From positions 1-29,733 of the IMG/VR virus record IMGVR_UViG_3300020045_007953: a stretch of DNA of 29,733 bases, one strand, 5' to 3'. Positions 7,397-15,424 of the stretch are shown here, piece by piece (within the stretch, counting starts at the first letter, position 1; every line of letters begins with the position of its first letter). The notes under the pieces are model-generated. The model saw nothing but the letters and a program-made list of their open reading frames with translations. It was not told the DNA's origin and searched no databases. The translations under genes were made by a program, and so were the position numbers. Origin of the DNA: a virus. Its lineage: Duplodnaviria; Caudoviricetes.

Positions 7397-7480
7397 GCTG
7401 TAAGTTTTTTAAATGTGCGCCGGTGACGTACCTACCGGACCAATACGGCGCACATTTTGATTTATAGGCAAAAAAGTATG

Positions 7481-7554
7481 TGGCGCGGGCCGGACTCGAA
7501 CCGGCGGCATCCAGACTATGATTCTGGCGAGATGGCCAACTTCTCTACCGCGCA
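7481..7554 (-). tRNA. tRNA-Met(CAT)-like gene, atypical
   Basis: 74-nt cloverleaf: acceptor GCGCGG/CCGCGC, D stem GAGA/TCTC, anticodon arm CCAGA-ATCATAG-TCTGG, T arm GCCGG-TTCGAGT-CCGGC. Confidence 0.75.
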
Positions 7555-7653
7555 AAAATTTGAACTATACTTATTGAACCAATCAATTTTTTTTGTGTGC
7601 CCCGTAGTTGAAAGCCAGGAGCATGGCGAGTAATACCGCCCAACCGATTAATA

Positions 7654-7815
7654 TTAGCGCTGGCATGGTTGCGGCTTGAAATTGTAAAGTACTGCGGCCA
7701 TTATTGCCATTAGTATGGCTGTGGCTAAGTGGTGGGTGGCTCCGCATAGGTAACCAGTAAAACATGCTACTGATAATCCGGCGGCTATTCGGGCAAGTAT
7801 TTTCGATCCTTTCAT
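7654..7815 (-). CDS. Small two-helix membrane protein
   Basis: MKGSKILARIAAGLSVACF...ILMAIMAAVLY; internal ATG preferred over the ORF-track start at 7890. Confidence 0.5.
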   Translation of the reverse strand: MKGSKILARIAAGLSVACFTGYLCGATHHLATAILMAIMAAVLYNFKPQPCQR

Positions 7816-7973
7816 TATCTCCAGTAATTTATGCGCCATTTGCATGGGCGGCGGTGGTTTCGTATGGCGTAGCGTATCAGGTTTGTCCAAAACAGTACGA
7901 CTACAATTAGGGCTAATGCTGTTTGCAAATCTTCTGACATTGGTCTGAATGGTTAATGGTTAATTGTAAATGG

Positions 7974-8264
7974 TTAGTTTATTGCTGTTTTGCGTTTTTT
8001 GAGGTCGTGGAAATTCAGGGCTAAAACTTCGGATAGCTCGAATTTGTATAGCTTGCCTTCTTTGATGTGGGGTATTAAGCGGGCGTTGGCGTAGCGTAGT
8101 ACTGTGTCGCGGTGTACTGCGTGTATGTCGGCTACGGTGTCGGCGCATACAAGGCGGCCCGCAAATTGCCCCAATACTGCCGATTTACTAAGCTCGGTTA
8201 ATTCTTCCTGAACTACCCGTTTAAGGTCGTCGGCATCGAGTTGTAAAATGGTTTGGTGTATCAT
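7974..8264 (-). CDS. Excisionase-like HTH DNA-binding protein
   Basis: ADTVADIHAVHRDTVLRYANARLIPHIKEGKLYKF fits an HTH_17/MerR-like pattern. Confidence 0.7.
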   Translation of the reverse strand: MIHQTILQLDADDLKRVVQEELTELSKSAVLGQFAGRLVCADTVADIHAVHRDTVLRYANARLIPHIKEGKLYKFELSEVLALNFHDLKKRKTAIN

Positions 8265-8268
8265 GGCG

Positions 8269-8481
8269 CTAGGCTTTGCGGGTTACCTCAACACTGGTGC
8301 CGGTTGAGCTGTGCGAAAATTTAAGCCCATCGGCTTTGTATTTGCGCTGTAGCCGTTGTATGCCCTGCACAATACCGTCGTACTGAATGTGTGGAAAATT
8401 GGCTTTTTCTCCTACTTTTAAAGTGCGCAGCGTGGGTGCTATGCTTACTTTATTGTCTGGTGTTGCTGTTTGTAGTGTCAT
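8269..8481 (-). CDS. Small putative DNA-binding protein
   Basis: TLRTLKVGEKANFP...VEVTR pattern typical of small Bacteroidetes phage early proteins. Confidence 0.6.
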   Translation of the reverse strand: MTLQTATPDNKVSIAPTLRTLKVGEKANFPHIQYDGIVQGIQRLQRKYKADGLKFSHSSTGTSVEVTRKA

Positions 8482-8487
8482 TTTTTA

Positions 8488-8868
8488 TTATGCTGTTAAA
8501 TAGTTAAAATCGGTGGTATGTTCGCTGCGGCGGGTACGGGTGGCGCTTCGGGTTATTGTTGTGCGGGTGGCGGCGCGTTCGGGCTTAAAACTTCCGCACA
8601 TAGCAAAAAGCATAAGCGATAAAAACGAAAGCGAAAGCATGGCCCGCGTAATGGGCGAAATGTTTAAACTGATTTTGTAATTGCTGATAAAATACCAGGC
8701 TGTTAACTCGGTCGATTTTTGGAGGTGTAATTTTTCTTTAGCGTGGCGTATTGTAATATCGACGGTGTGGATTGATAGCGCGAGTTTTTCGGCTATCTCT
8801 TTTTGTGCTAAACCAAAGGCAGTAAGTTCTACCATCTGAAATTCGCGGCGGGTTAAAATTGCTTCCAT
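8488..8868 (-). CDS. LuxR-type HTH regulator (Cro position) with C-terminal hydrophobic segment
   Basis: LTRREFQMVELTAFGLAQKEIAEKLALSIHTV; divergent from the repressor. Confidence 0.85.
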   Translation of the reverse strand: MEAILTRREFQMVELTAFGLAQKEIAEKLALSIHTVDITIRHAKEKLHLQKSTELTAWYFISNYKISLNISPITRAMLSLSFLSLMLFAMCGSFKPERAATRTTITRSATRTRRSEHTTDFNYLTA

Positions 8869-9030
8869 TGTCGTAGTTTTTAGTTATAGCGTTTTTTCGT
8901 TATTGTATTTCGCTTTGTAGTTTCGTACCTTTGAATAATACAACTATGCAAATATCGAAATATATTTCGAATAACGAAACTATATTCGATAATTTTTCGA
9001 ATAATTTTTCGAATAATTTTTAATAAATTG
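8869..9030. promoter_or_regulatory. Immunity control region: divergent promoters and putative operators
   Basis: Plus-strand TACCTTTG at 8926-8933; repeated TTTCGAATAA units at about 8965-9020. Confidence 0.6.
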
Positions 9031-9033
9031 ATT

Positions 9034-9483
9034 ATGAGTACAATATCTGATAGAATTAAAACGCTGGTTGATCAGTTTGCCGATGGTAATAATTCTAAAT
9101 TTGCTAAAATTGTTAATACTAGTGAAGCTAATGTTAGAAATTACATTGCTGGAACTCAACCAAAATTTGATTTTTTACAAAGTGTTGCTGAAAAATTCGA
9201 AATAAGTTGCGAGTGGCTTTTACTTGGGAAAGAAAAATTAAATTGTGTTGCTGAACCTCAACCTGTTTATGGGAATCAAAATAATACACTTTTAAAAGAA
9301 AAGGATAAACGAATTGATGAATTAAAAGATCAGATTGCTTCACTTCAAAGAATTGAAAAATACTTTAATGATCGATGGACGCAGTATCAATTTGAAAAGG
9401 ATAAATTTATTGATCAAAGGGATAAACTTATTGAATTGATTTATGAATTAGGGGCCGGTGAGCGTCTTAAAGGAATCATTTAA
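9034..9483 (+). CDS. Phage repressor (CI-like HTH)
   Basis: ISDRIKTLV...NSKFAKIVNTSEANVRNY...SCEWLLLG; divergent orientation; no S24 peptidase domain visible. Confidence 0.8.
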   Translation: MSTISDRIKTLVDQFADGNNSKFAKIVNTSEANVRNYIAGTQPKFDFLQSVAEKFEISCEWLLLGKEKLNCVAEPQPVYGNQNNTLLKEKDKRIDELKDQIASLQRIEKYFNDRWTQYQFEKDKFIDQRDKLIELIYELGAGERLKGII

Positions 9484-9530
9484 AAGTTGTTCATATTTCC
9501 CCACCAAAAATTAAACAAAAACTTTGAATT

Positions 9531-9974
9531 ATGAGAAAAATTTTTTCTACCCTAATTGTTTTTTTTACTGTTACTATTTGTATTGCTCAAAATCGCGATG
9601 TCGTTAATTTTACTCCAAAGCCTAAAATTCAAAAAAGTATTGTAGTTGTTTCCGATTTGTCGCCCGATATGAAAGTACAATACCAGTTAGATTATGTCAG
9701 GCATTGTTTACACAAGTATCAGGCACAAAAAAAAATCGGTTATTATATTGGGCTGTCGGGGGCGGCTCTATCGGCTCTGGGTGCAGTTGTTGAGCCTTCC
9801 GAAGATTATTATTCAGGAAATACGCATTTTGTTGAAGATGGTAATAAACAAGCTATGTACATAGCTGGCGGTGCTTTGTCAATAATTGGAACTGTTATAA
9901 TTATCGACTCTGAAAAATGGTTAAAACGTGCCTATATTGGCCCCGATGGTTTAGGGGTTAAGTTTACGTTTTAA
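9531..9974 (+). CDS. Signal-peptide membrane protein (lysogenic accessory gene)
   Basis: N-terminal signal peptide, two hydrophobic Gly-rich segments, C-terminal GVKFTF. Confidence 0.7.
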   Translation: MRKIFSTLIVFFTVTICIAQNRDVVNFTPKPKIQKSIVVVSDLSPDMKVQYQLDYVRHCLHKYQAQKKIGYYIGLSGAALSALGAVVEPSEDYYSGNTHFVEDGNKQAMYIAGGALSIIGTVIIIDSEKWLKRAYIGPDGLGVKFTF

Positions 9975-10003
9975 GCTCCGAAAATCAGTATTAAATTTGT
10001 GTC

Positions 10004-10243
10004 TTAATCTTTGCTTTCAATAAATATATTAACTCCAATAGCTTTGCAATATTTTAAAAAAACATGTAGAGTAGGCGCATATTTATGTCTAAAAAATCTG
10101 CTTACGTTTGAGGGATGAAAGCCTGTTAATTTGGCTATCTGGTCTTGACTTATATTTTTTTCTATTGCAATTTCGCGTAAATTATGTATAATAATTTTCC
10201 ATTGCTCGTCTTCCGGTATTGATAAAATTCTTTTGTTACTCAT
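10004..10243 (-). CDS. XRE-family HTH regulator
   Basis: ISQDQIAKLTGFHPSNVSRF...PTLHVFLKYCKAIGV. Confidence 0.85.
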   Translation of the reverse strand: MSNKRILSIPEDEQWKIIIHNLREIAIEKNISQDQIAKLTGFHPSNVSRFFRHKYAPTLHVFLKYCKAIGVNIFIESKD

Positions 10244-10584
10244 GTTATAAAAAAATTAATTGATCTGAATTAAAACCACTCATATTGCCGTTATATATTT
10301 TATTTCCTAAATTATCAATAATAAAAAAAATAATATCGCCTAACTCTATTCTTTTATAACTAATAAACCCCATTTGATTTGTTGGTTTTACTAAAACTTT
10401 TTCCATTTTTTCTTTTATTTTATTGTTAAATATTGTTATTTTTCTATTTCTGATTTCATTTTATTTAGCCAAATTAAAACTGTTTTACTCTAGCTTTATT
10501 GTTTGATAAAGCAAATATACGTATCATTTTTGATATATACAATGGTAAATAGAAAATAATTGTCAAATTTGATAATATTTTTTA

Positions 10585-11901
10585 TTATGGGTTAAAATAG
10601 GGGTGTGTGGCTATTAGCCTGGCGTTTTCTTCCTGGCTTATGCGTATGTAGCGCATAAATGAGCGCTCTGTTTTGTGCCCTGTAATTTTCATTATCGATA
10701 TAGTCGGTATTCCGGCTAGATACATGTTTGTAGCTCCGCTTCGGCGGGCGGTGTGCGAGCTTACCAGTTGCCATTTTTCGAGCGTGCGGCTTATTTGCTT
10801 GCCGCCTTCGGTGCGCACTACGGTAACGGGTTTGGTAATTCCGGCTAGTTGTGCCAGTTCTTTGAGGTGTTGGTTAAATCGCTGGTCGCTCATTTTTTGC
10901 GATAAGTCGAAACCGGCTGCTAATATTTCATGTATTACCGGGTGTATGGGTATTACTACGTCGTCGTTTTTCTTTACGCCTTTTCTGGGCTTTATGCGTA
11001 TGTATTTGTCGCCAATGTTGTAGCGCTCTAATCGCGAAAAGTCGGAAATTCGCAGGGCTGTGTAACATCCGATTAAAAACAGATTGCGGGTTTTGCTGAT
11101 GGCCTCAACTTTTAAAGCTATATGTTTGCGGGGCAAATTCGGATTAATGAGTGAAACGGTTTCGTAGTTTATTACTGCAGCGCGTAGGCTGGCTAGTTCG
11201 GCGGCGTTTAAATAAATGGTGTCGGCTTCTTCGGTGGTTTTTACAAATTTGCGGTGGTGGTAGTCGGTGGTGGCGTGCAGCTTTTCACCATCGGGGCCGG
11301 TGGCTGTCATTACTGCTTTTATGTGTTTTATGAAGTTTCCGAAGGTGTTGGCGGCGTAATACCTGGGCGGCTGCCCTTCTTTGGTTTCGCGGGGGGTGGC
11401 GTTTACCCATTTGCGCAAACTGTTGTAAAAATCGATGTTAATGTCGGCAAAGGTTAAGCGGGTGCGGTGGGCTGCTTCGTACTTTGCTAAAATGTTGGCG
11501 GTGGTGCCGTAAAATAGGCGCGTGCGCGGTTTTAAATTGGCGGTGTCGGCGTAGTGCCTCATTTGTGGTATAAATAAATCGGTGGGCGTGGCTGGTGCCT
11601 GTTTTATGGCTTTCGGGTTGCATTGCTGTTTTATTTCATCGAGTGCGGGGATTGTGTTTTTGATTCGGGCTTCGTTGAATAGTGTTTTGGCTGCGGCTTC
11701 CCATTGCTCGAGTTTAATGTTTATGGTTTCATGGTCGGGGTAGTCGCGGGTGTTGCGTGCGCGGTGGGTGGCGGCGTCCCAGTAGGTAACCTCAACGGAT
11801 ATGCCTGTAGATAGTTTGTAGCGCTGTCCTTTGTAGCGCATTATCGACAAAATAGCTGTTTTGGTGGCTTTTTTGTCTTTGAGAAAAAAGTTAATATTCA
11901 T
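10585..11901 (-). CDS. int: Tyrosine recombinase / phage integrase (Bacteroidetes type)
   Basis: Arm-binding N-terminus (YKLSTGISV..WD); catalytic motifs TALRISD, HTARRS, ITGH...Y; ATG at 11901 follows a TAGCTTTG box at 11929-11922. Confidence 0.95.
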   Translation of the reverse strand: MNINFFLKDKKATKTAILSIMRYKGQRYKLSTGISVEVTYWDAATHRARNTRDYPDHETINIKLEQWEAAAKTLFNEARIKNTIPALDEIKQQCNPKAIKQAPATPTDLFIPQMRHYADTANLKPRTRLFYGTTANILAKYEAAHRTRLTFADINIDFYNSLRKWVNATPRETKEGQPPRYYAANTFGNFIKHIKAVMTATGPDGEKLHATTDYHHRKFVKTTEEADTIYLNAAELASLRAAVINYETVSLINPNLPRKHIALKVEAISKTRNLFLIGCYTALRISDFSRLERYNIGDKYIRIKPRKGVKKNDDVVIPIHPVIHEILAAGFDLSQKMSDQRFNQHLKELAQLAGITKPVTVVRTEGGKQISRTLEKWQLVSSHTARRSGATNMYLAGIPTISIMKITGHKTERSFMRYIRISQEENARLIATHPYFNP

Positions 11902-11943
11902 TGCCCGAGTAGTTAGGTTTACAAAGCTACTGAATATTTTAAA

Positions 11944-12137
11944 GGGTAACAAAATGGGGAACACCAAAAGCATTATGAACCGCATTTTTATACTTTATTC
12001 GCTCTGAACTACGCGCTAAATGCAGCGTTTTAAATGATCAATATAAAATGTGTGTTATTATTTGGTATTCCCAACCGGGATACAAAAAGCCGCTATTTAA
12101 GCGGCTTTTATTGTTTTGGGGAACAAATTGGGGAACG
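11944..12137. other. Putative attP: paired arm-type repeats flanking a tRNA-3'-end-like core
   Basis: GGGTAACAAAATGGGGAAC (11944) and GGGGAACAAATTGGGGAAC (12118) flank TGGTATTCCCAACCGGGAT (12063), whose reverse complement ends GGGAATACCA. Confidence 0.6.
12084..12109. terminator. Bidirectional intrinsic terminator-like hairpin
   Basis: AAAAAGCCGC-TATTTAA-GCGGCTTTT. Confidence 0.65.
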
Positions 12138-12142
12138 GTGGC

Positions 12143-12170
12143 AAAACAAAAGCCGAGCGAGTGCCCGGCT
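12143..12170 (-). terminator. Intrinsic terminator after the lysis genes
   Basis: Minus strand AGCCGGGC-ACTC-GCTCGGCT-TTTGTTTT. Confidence 0.6.
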
Positions 12171-12252
12171 GATGCTACCTAACTAAACTAAACTACAATG
12201 AAAAAAACCTCGTTCTGGAATGCTCTGCTTTTGGTCGTGCTGTAAAATTATC

Positions 12253-12474
12253 TTATTTCTTTGGCTGGTGCCGCTGACTGTGGCGCATTAATGTGCGCCG
12301 CTTTAGCATGAATGATAAAATGCCTAAAATTATGCCGGTCAATAGGCTGATAACTGTTAAAACTGGTGCTATTTTTTCGCATAATGAAACTATGCCAATG
12401 CCACCGGCTGAAACGGGGGCGCCTACGGTTACGGCTGTATGGGCTAATGTGTCTTTTATTTTCTCAACGTCCAT
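12253..12474 (-). CDS. Small membrane protein, holin-like
   Basis: Hydrophobic helices, basic C-terminus, located in the lysis cluster. Confidence 0.6.
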   Translation of the reverse strand: MDVEKIKDTLAHTAVTVGAPVSAGGIGIVSLCEKIAPVLTVISLLTGIILGILSFMLKRRTLMRHSQRHQPKK

Positions 12475-12498
12475 CGATTGTTATTTTTCAATAATATG

Positions 12499-12735
12499 TT
12501 AGCCTTTGTCTGCGGCGTCCCAGCACCATCGGCACCCGTTATAACCATCTTCTTTTATTAGCTTTAAAGCCTTTCTGCGGCTTACATATTCGCGGTTTTG
12601 TTTTGCAATTAAATGTACTTTGCAGTTTTTGTGTTTCTCATTTAATTGGTGTATTTCTTTGCTTCGGTGGTTTACCAGGTGACCAAAGCCCAAAAAGATT
12701 AAAAATACTTCGGCGAGTGTTAGTTTGTTGTCCAT
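12499..12735 (-). CDS. Small putative metal-binding protein
   Basis: EIH...C...GYNGCRWC. Confidence 0.6.
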   Translation of the reverse strand: MDNKLTLAEVFLIFLGFGHLVNHRSKEIHQLNEKHKNCKVHLIAKQNREYVSRRKALKLIKEDGYNGCRWCWDAADKG

Positions 12736-12739
12736 GGTC

Positions 12740-13222
12740 TTATTTTTTAAATGCGTCTATCGTTTTTTGTTTGTCGGCGCTTCCGGCGGATGAACCGAAA
12801 TGATAGGAATAAACCTGCGTTAATATGGCTGAAAGTACGCCTAAAATATAAATAACTATTTCGCGCGAGGTGGCAGGTATGAGGTTTGGCGAAAATATGA
12901 TAACGTAAAAAAGTACGAATGATAAAATAACCGTACCTATGGCCATTAGTGGCTGCGTGTTTTTGGCTAATTTGGTGGCGTGTTCGGATTTGGCTATCTC
13001 TACTTCGCGGCTGCGGGCGTTGGCTGTGTCGTCAATTACCATGCGCCGTTCGTCAATCGAAAGTTTTTTTAGTTCTATTTGAAATTGTAGCTCTGATTTG
13101 CGGATTTCGTTGTCGAGCTGTTGTTTTTCTTCTTTGGTGGTTATTACATTGTCCAAGACCTTGCCAACTGAATCGACTAATGTATTTGCGCCGCCTGAAA
13201 ATATTTCGGTTAAAAAACTCAT
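12740..13222 (-). CDS. Holin (3TM/GTA-holin-like)
   Basis: GKVLDNVITTKEEK, DTANARSRE, two TM helices, YHFGSS; next to the endolysin. Confidence 0.75.
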   Translation of the reverse strand: MSFLTEIFSGGANTLVDSVGKVLDNVITTKEEKQQLDNEIRKSELQFQIELKKLSIDERRMVIDDTANARSREVEIAKSEHATKLAKNTQPLMAIGTVILSFVLFYVIIFSPNLIPATSREIVIYILGVLSAILTQVYSYHFGSSAGSADKQKTIDAFKK

Positions 13223-13232
13223 TGGTTTTGTT

Positions 13233-13769
13233 TTAATTGGTTTCTCCTAATGCGCGGCATACCCATCCATAAAAATATTTTTTGCTGGTGGGCCGTTTTT
13301 TTACTATAATTATGTAGCGGGCTATTTTGGCAACTGTAAAGGCTGCTAAAAAGTATTCTGGGTCGATGGTGTTTAGTGCTGTTACTGTTTGCGGACCTAT
13401 TACCCCGTCGGCTTTGCTGTTTACTACCATTTGCGCCAATGTGGCGGCGGTGGTGGTTCCGGCGTTTACGGCAAAATCAAAAATTGAGTCGGCTATTTCC
13501 TGGCTGTTCATGTCGTCGCCTTTTATCTTTTCCCAAAATTGCAGCGTGTAAAATTGTTCTACTTCGGCCTGTAGTTCGGCGCTTTGATTTAAATTTTGCG
13601 GAAAATTTGACTGCATTTTCAATAAATCGATAATGTGCCAGCCTAACCATTTTGGCCAATTGTTTCGCGAAACTCCCTTATGAGTTTCTCCGCCCGGATC
13701 TTCGGCGTCGTTCGCGTAGCCGCCTTCGTTATTTATTACTTTTTCGAATGCTGTTTTAAATTGGGCCAT
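13233..13769 (-). CDS. Endolysin, glycoside hydrolase family 108
   Basis: EGGYANDAEDPGGETHKG, FDFAVNAG, DGVIGPQT, GWVCR motifs. Confidence 0.92.
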   Translation of the reverse strand: MAQFKTAFEKVINNEGGYANDAEDPGGETHKGVSRNNWPKWLGWHIIDLLKMQSNFPQNLNQSAELQAEVEQFYTLQFWEKIKGDDMNSQEIADSIFDFAVNAGTTTAATLAQMVVNSKADGVIGPQTVTALNTIDPEYFLAAFTVAKIARYIIIVKKRPTSKKYFYGWVCRALGETN

Positions 13770-13771
13770 TA

Positions 13772-15412
13772 TTAAGAATTTAATTTTAGCGGTATGCCGT
13801 TGTGTTTTATAAAACTCGCGCCGAATTTTATTTTAGTAGTTGTGCCTGTTGATGACACGAAGTATTCAAGCGCACCTATGTCAATTGGAAGAGTTCGGGT
13901 ATGCCCTGCATAATCGGTAGTTAACCCCGTATTTACACCGGCATTTTTAGCCGGGGAAGTTGCCTGAATCGAATAGTCTGAATTTAATAAAGGATCAACA
14001 ACCTGCCCGTGTGCTTCATATCCTAAGCCCTGAAAATAGGCAAACGACCGCTGTACACTGTTAAGCAAAAAGTACGGCGAACCGCTTGTCGATAGATAGA
14101 AATTATAGTCACATACCAAGTTAGTAGGCACTCCATTTATCCGGCTGTAGGTGGCATTTGTGTTGTAGAAAATATTGTTCTGAATTGTCAGATAAATTGC
14201 TGTGTTGTATGTTGTATACAGCTTGAACCCCGCCCAATTGCCAATAACCGTATTGTTTAAAAAGTAGTTCATTCCAACCTCTGATAGCCCTTGATTGAAT
14301 GTAAAACCAGAGTTTGAACCACAATTCACTATTTTGTTGTTATATACCCAATTGCCCGAAAAGCCTATCGAAGTGGGGTTGCTGTCGAACGAAATTGGCG
14401 CGTGGCTGCTATCTTTAATATAATTGCGGTAAATCAGGTTATTCCGCGAATACTGATTTGCAATATTCCAAACATTTACCCCTAACTGATAACCTCCGTG
14501 GATATAATTATCGTACACTTCGCAGCTCTGAATGTTGTTCAGCCCTATTGCCTCGTAATCGGTACCGTATCCACTCCACCATAAAGTAGTACCGTCAATT
14601 GTTCCACAAGCGTCCATCTCGTTTGCATATATTTTGCAATTCTTATTCTGGCTTGCCGTTGAAGTTCCAATAGTAGTTGCTAAAGTGCAGTAAAATCTAA
14701 TTCCGTTGTGACACCACTTGAAGTAATTATTGTGAATAAGAGCACCTGTATTATGGTTTGCATCCGGCATAAGAAAAACACCATCTTGACAATAATAAAA
14801 GTCGCAATCTGAAACTTCTATGCTCGTCGTTCCTGCTCCGGAGTCCCAACTTGTGATACCCTCAGCACATCGCTGAAACTGCAAGCCTGTTATTTTGATG
14901 TATGAGCGGTCAGACACATTGAATGCTGGCATGTAATTTCCGGTGCCACCGTAAAGTCTGGCATAGCTTATTACATGATCGGATGGCGTTCCGCTCGTTG
15001 GCTTGTAGTAAGTTGTTGAGCTTCCGTAATACCATTGCCCGTCCGTACAAGCCGAACTTGTTGCCCGTGTCAGTGATTTGTTCCCTTCCCAAACAAATGC
15101 ATAAATACTGCCTATACCTCCGGCGGTTGAATACACACCACCACCAACAGAAGTCCATGTTGCCGTTAATACAAGGCTTGAAAATAAAGGTTTTGCGCCC
15201 GTTCCGTAGCTTGAAATGGTGATAGAGTTACCAGATGCGCCCGAAGTTGGAACAATAAAGTGTTCGCTCCATGTGTCTCCGCATTTGAACTTGATCTGAT
15301 CTCCTGCAGCAAAACTTGCAGCATTGAAGTTAGTTGCTGTTTTCCAAGCTAAAGCCTCCGTAAGTCCACTGTTAGCATCGTTCCCACCCGAAAAACTGAT
15401 ATAATAAATCAT
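13772..15412 (-). CDS. Right-handed beta-helix (pectin-lyase fold) protein, possible depolymerase
   Basis: YYIS..GNDANSG...AWKT, GDQIKFKCG, parallel beta-helix repeats, C-terminal SPAKNAG...DIGALE. Confidence 0.8.
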   Translation of the reverse strand: MIYYISFSGGNDANSGLTEALAWKTATNFNAASFAAGDQIKFKCGDTWSEHFIVPTSGASGNSITISSYGTGAKPLFSSLVLTATWTSVGGGVYSTAGGIGSIYAFVWEGNKSLTRATSSACTDGQWYYGSSTTYYKPTSGTPSDHVISYARLYGGTGNYMPAFNVSDRSYIKITGLQFQRCAEGITSWDSGAGTTSIEVSDCDFYYCQDGVFLMPDANHNTGALIHNNYFKWCHNGIRFYCTLATTIGTSTASQNKNCKIYANEMDACGTIDGTTLWWSGYGTDYEAIGLNNIQSCEVYDNYIHGGYQLGVNVWNIANQYSRNNLIYRNYIKDSSHAPISFDSNPTSIGFSGNWVYNNKIVNCGSNSGFTFNQGLSEVGMNYFLNNTVIGNWAGFKLYTTYNTAIYLTIQNNIFYNTNATYSRINGVPTNLVCDYNFYLSTSGSPYFLLNSVQRSFAYFQGLGYEAHGQVVDPLLNSDYSIQATSPAKNAGVNTGLTTDYAGHTRTLPIDIGALEYFVSSTGTTTKIKFGASFIKHNGIPLKLNS

Positions 15413-15424
15413 AGCTTTAAATTA

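Noticed and set aside
10244-10460. Coding gene upstream of the XRE gene
   Set aside because: Only very short frames interrupted by stops; at best a remnant
10585-11985. Phage integrase as the cassette (IntI) recombinase
   Set aside because: It has an arm-binding N-terminus and its own attP-like site, shows no recognisable IntI-specific insertion, and lies more than 7 kb from the array
11902-11985. N-terminal extension of the integrase in the ORF track
   Set aside because: It overlaps the promoter box and arm-type repeats; the family-like sequence starts at ATG 11901
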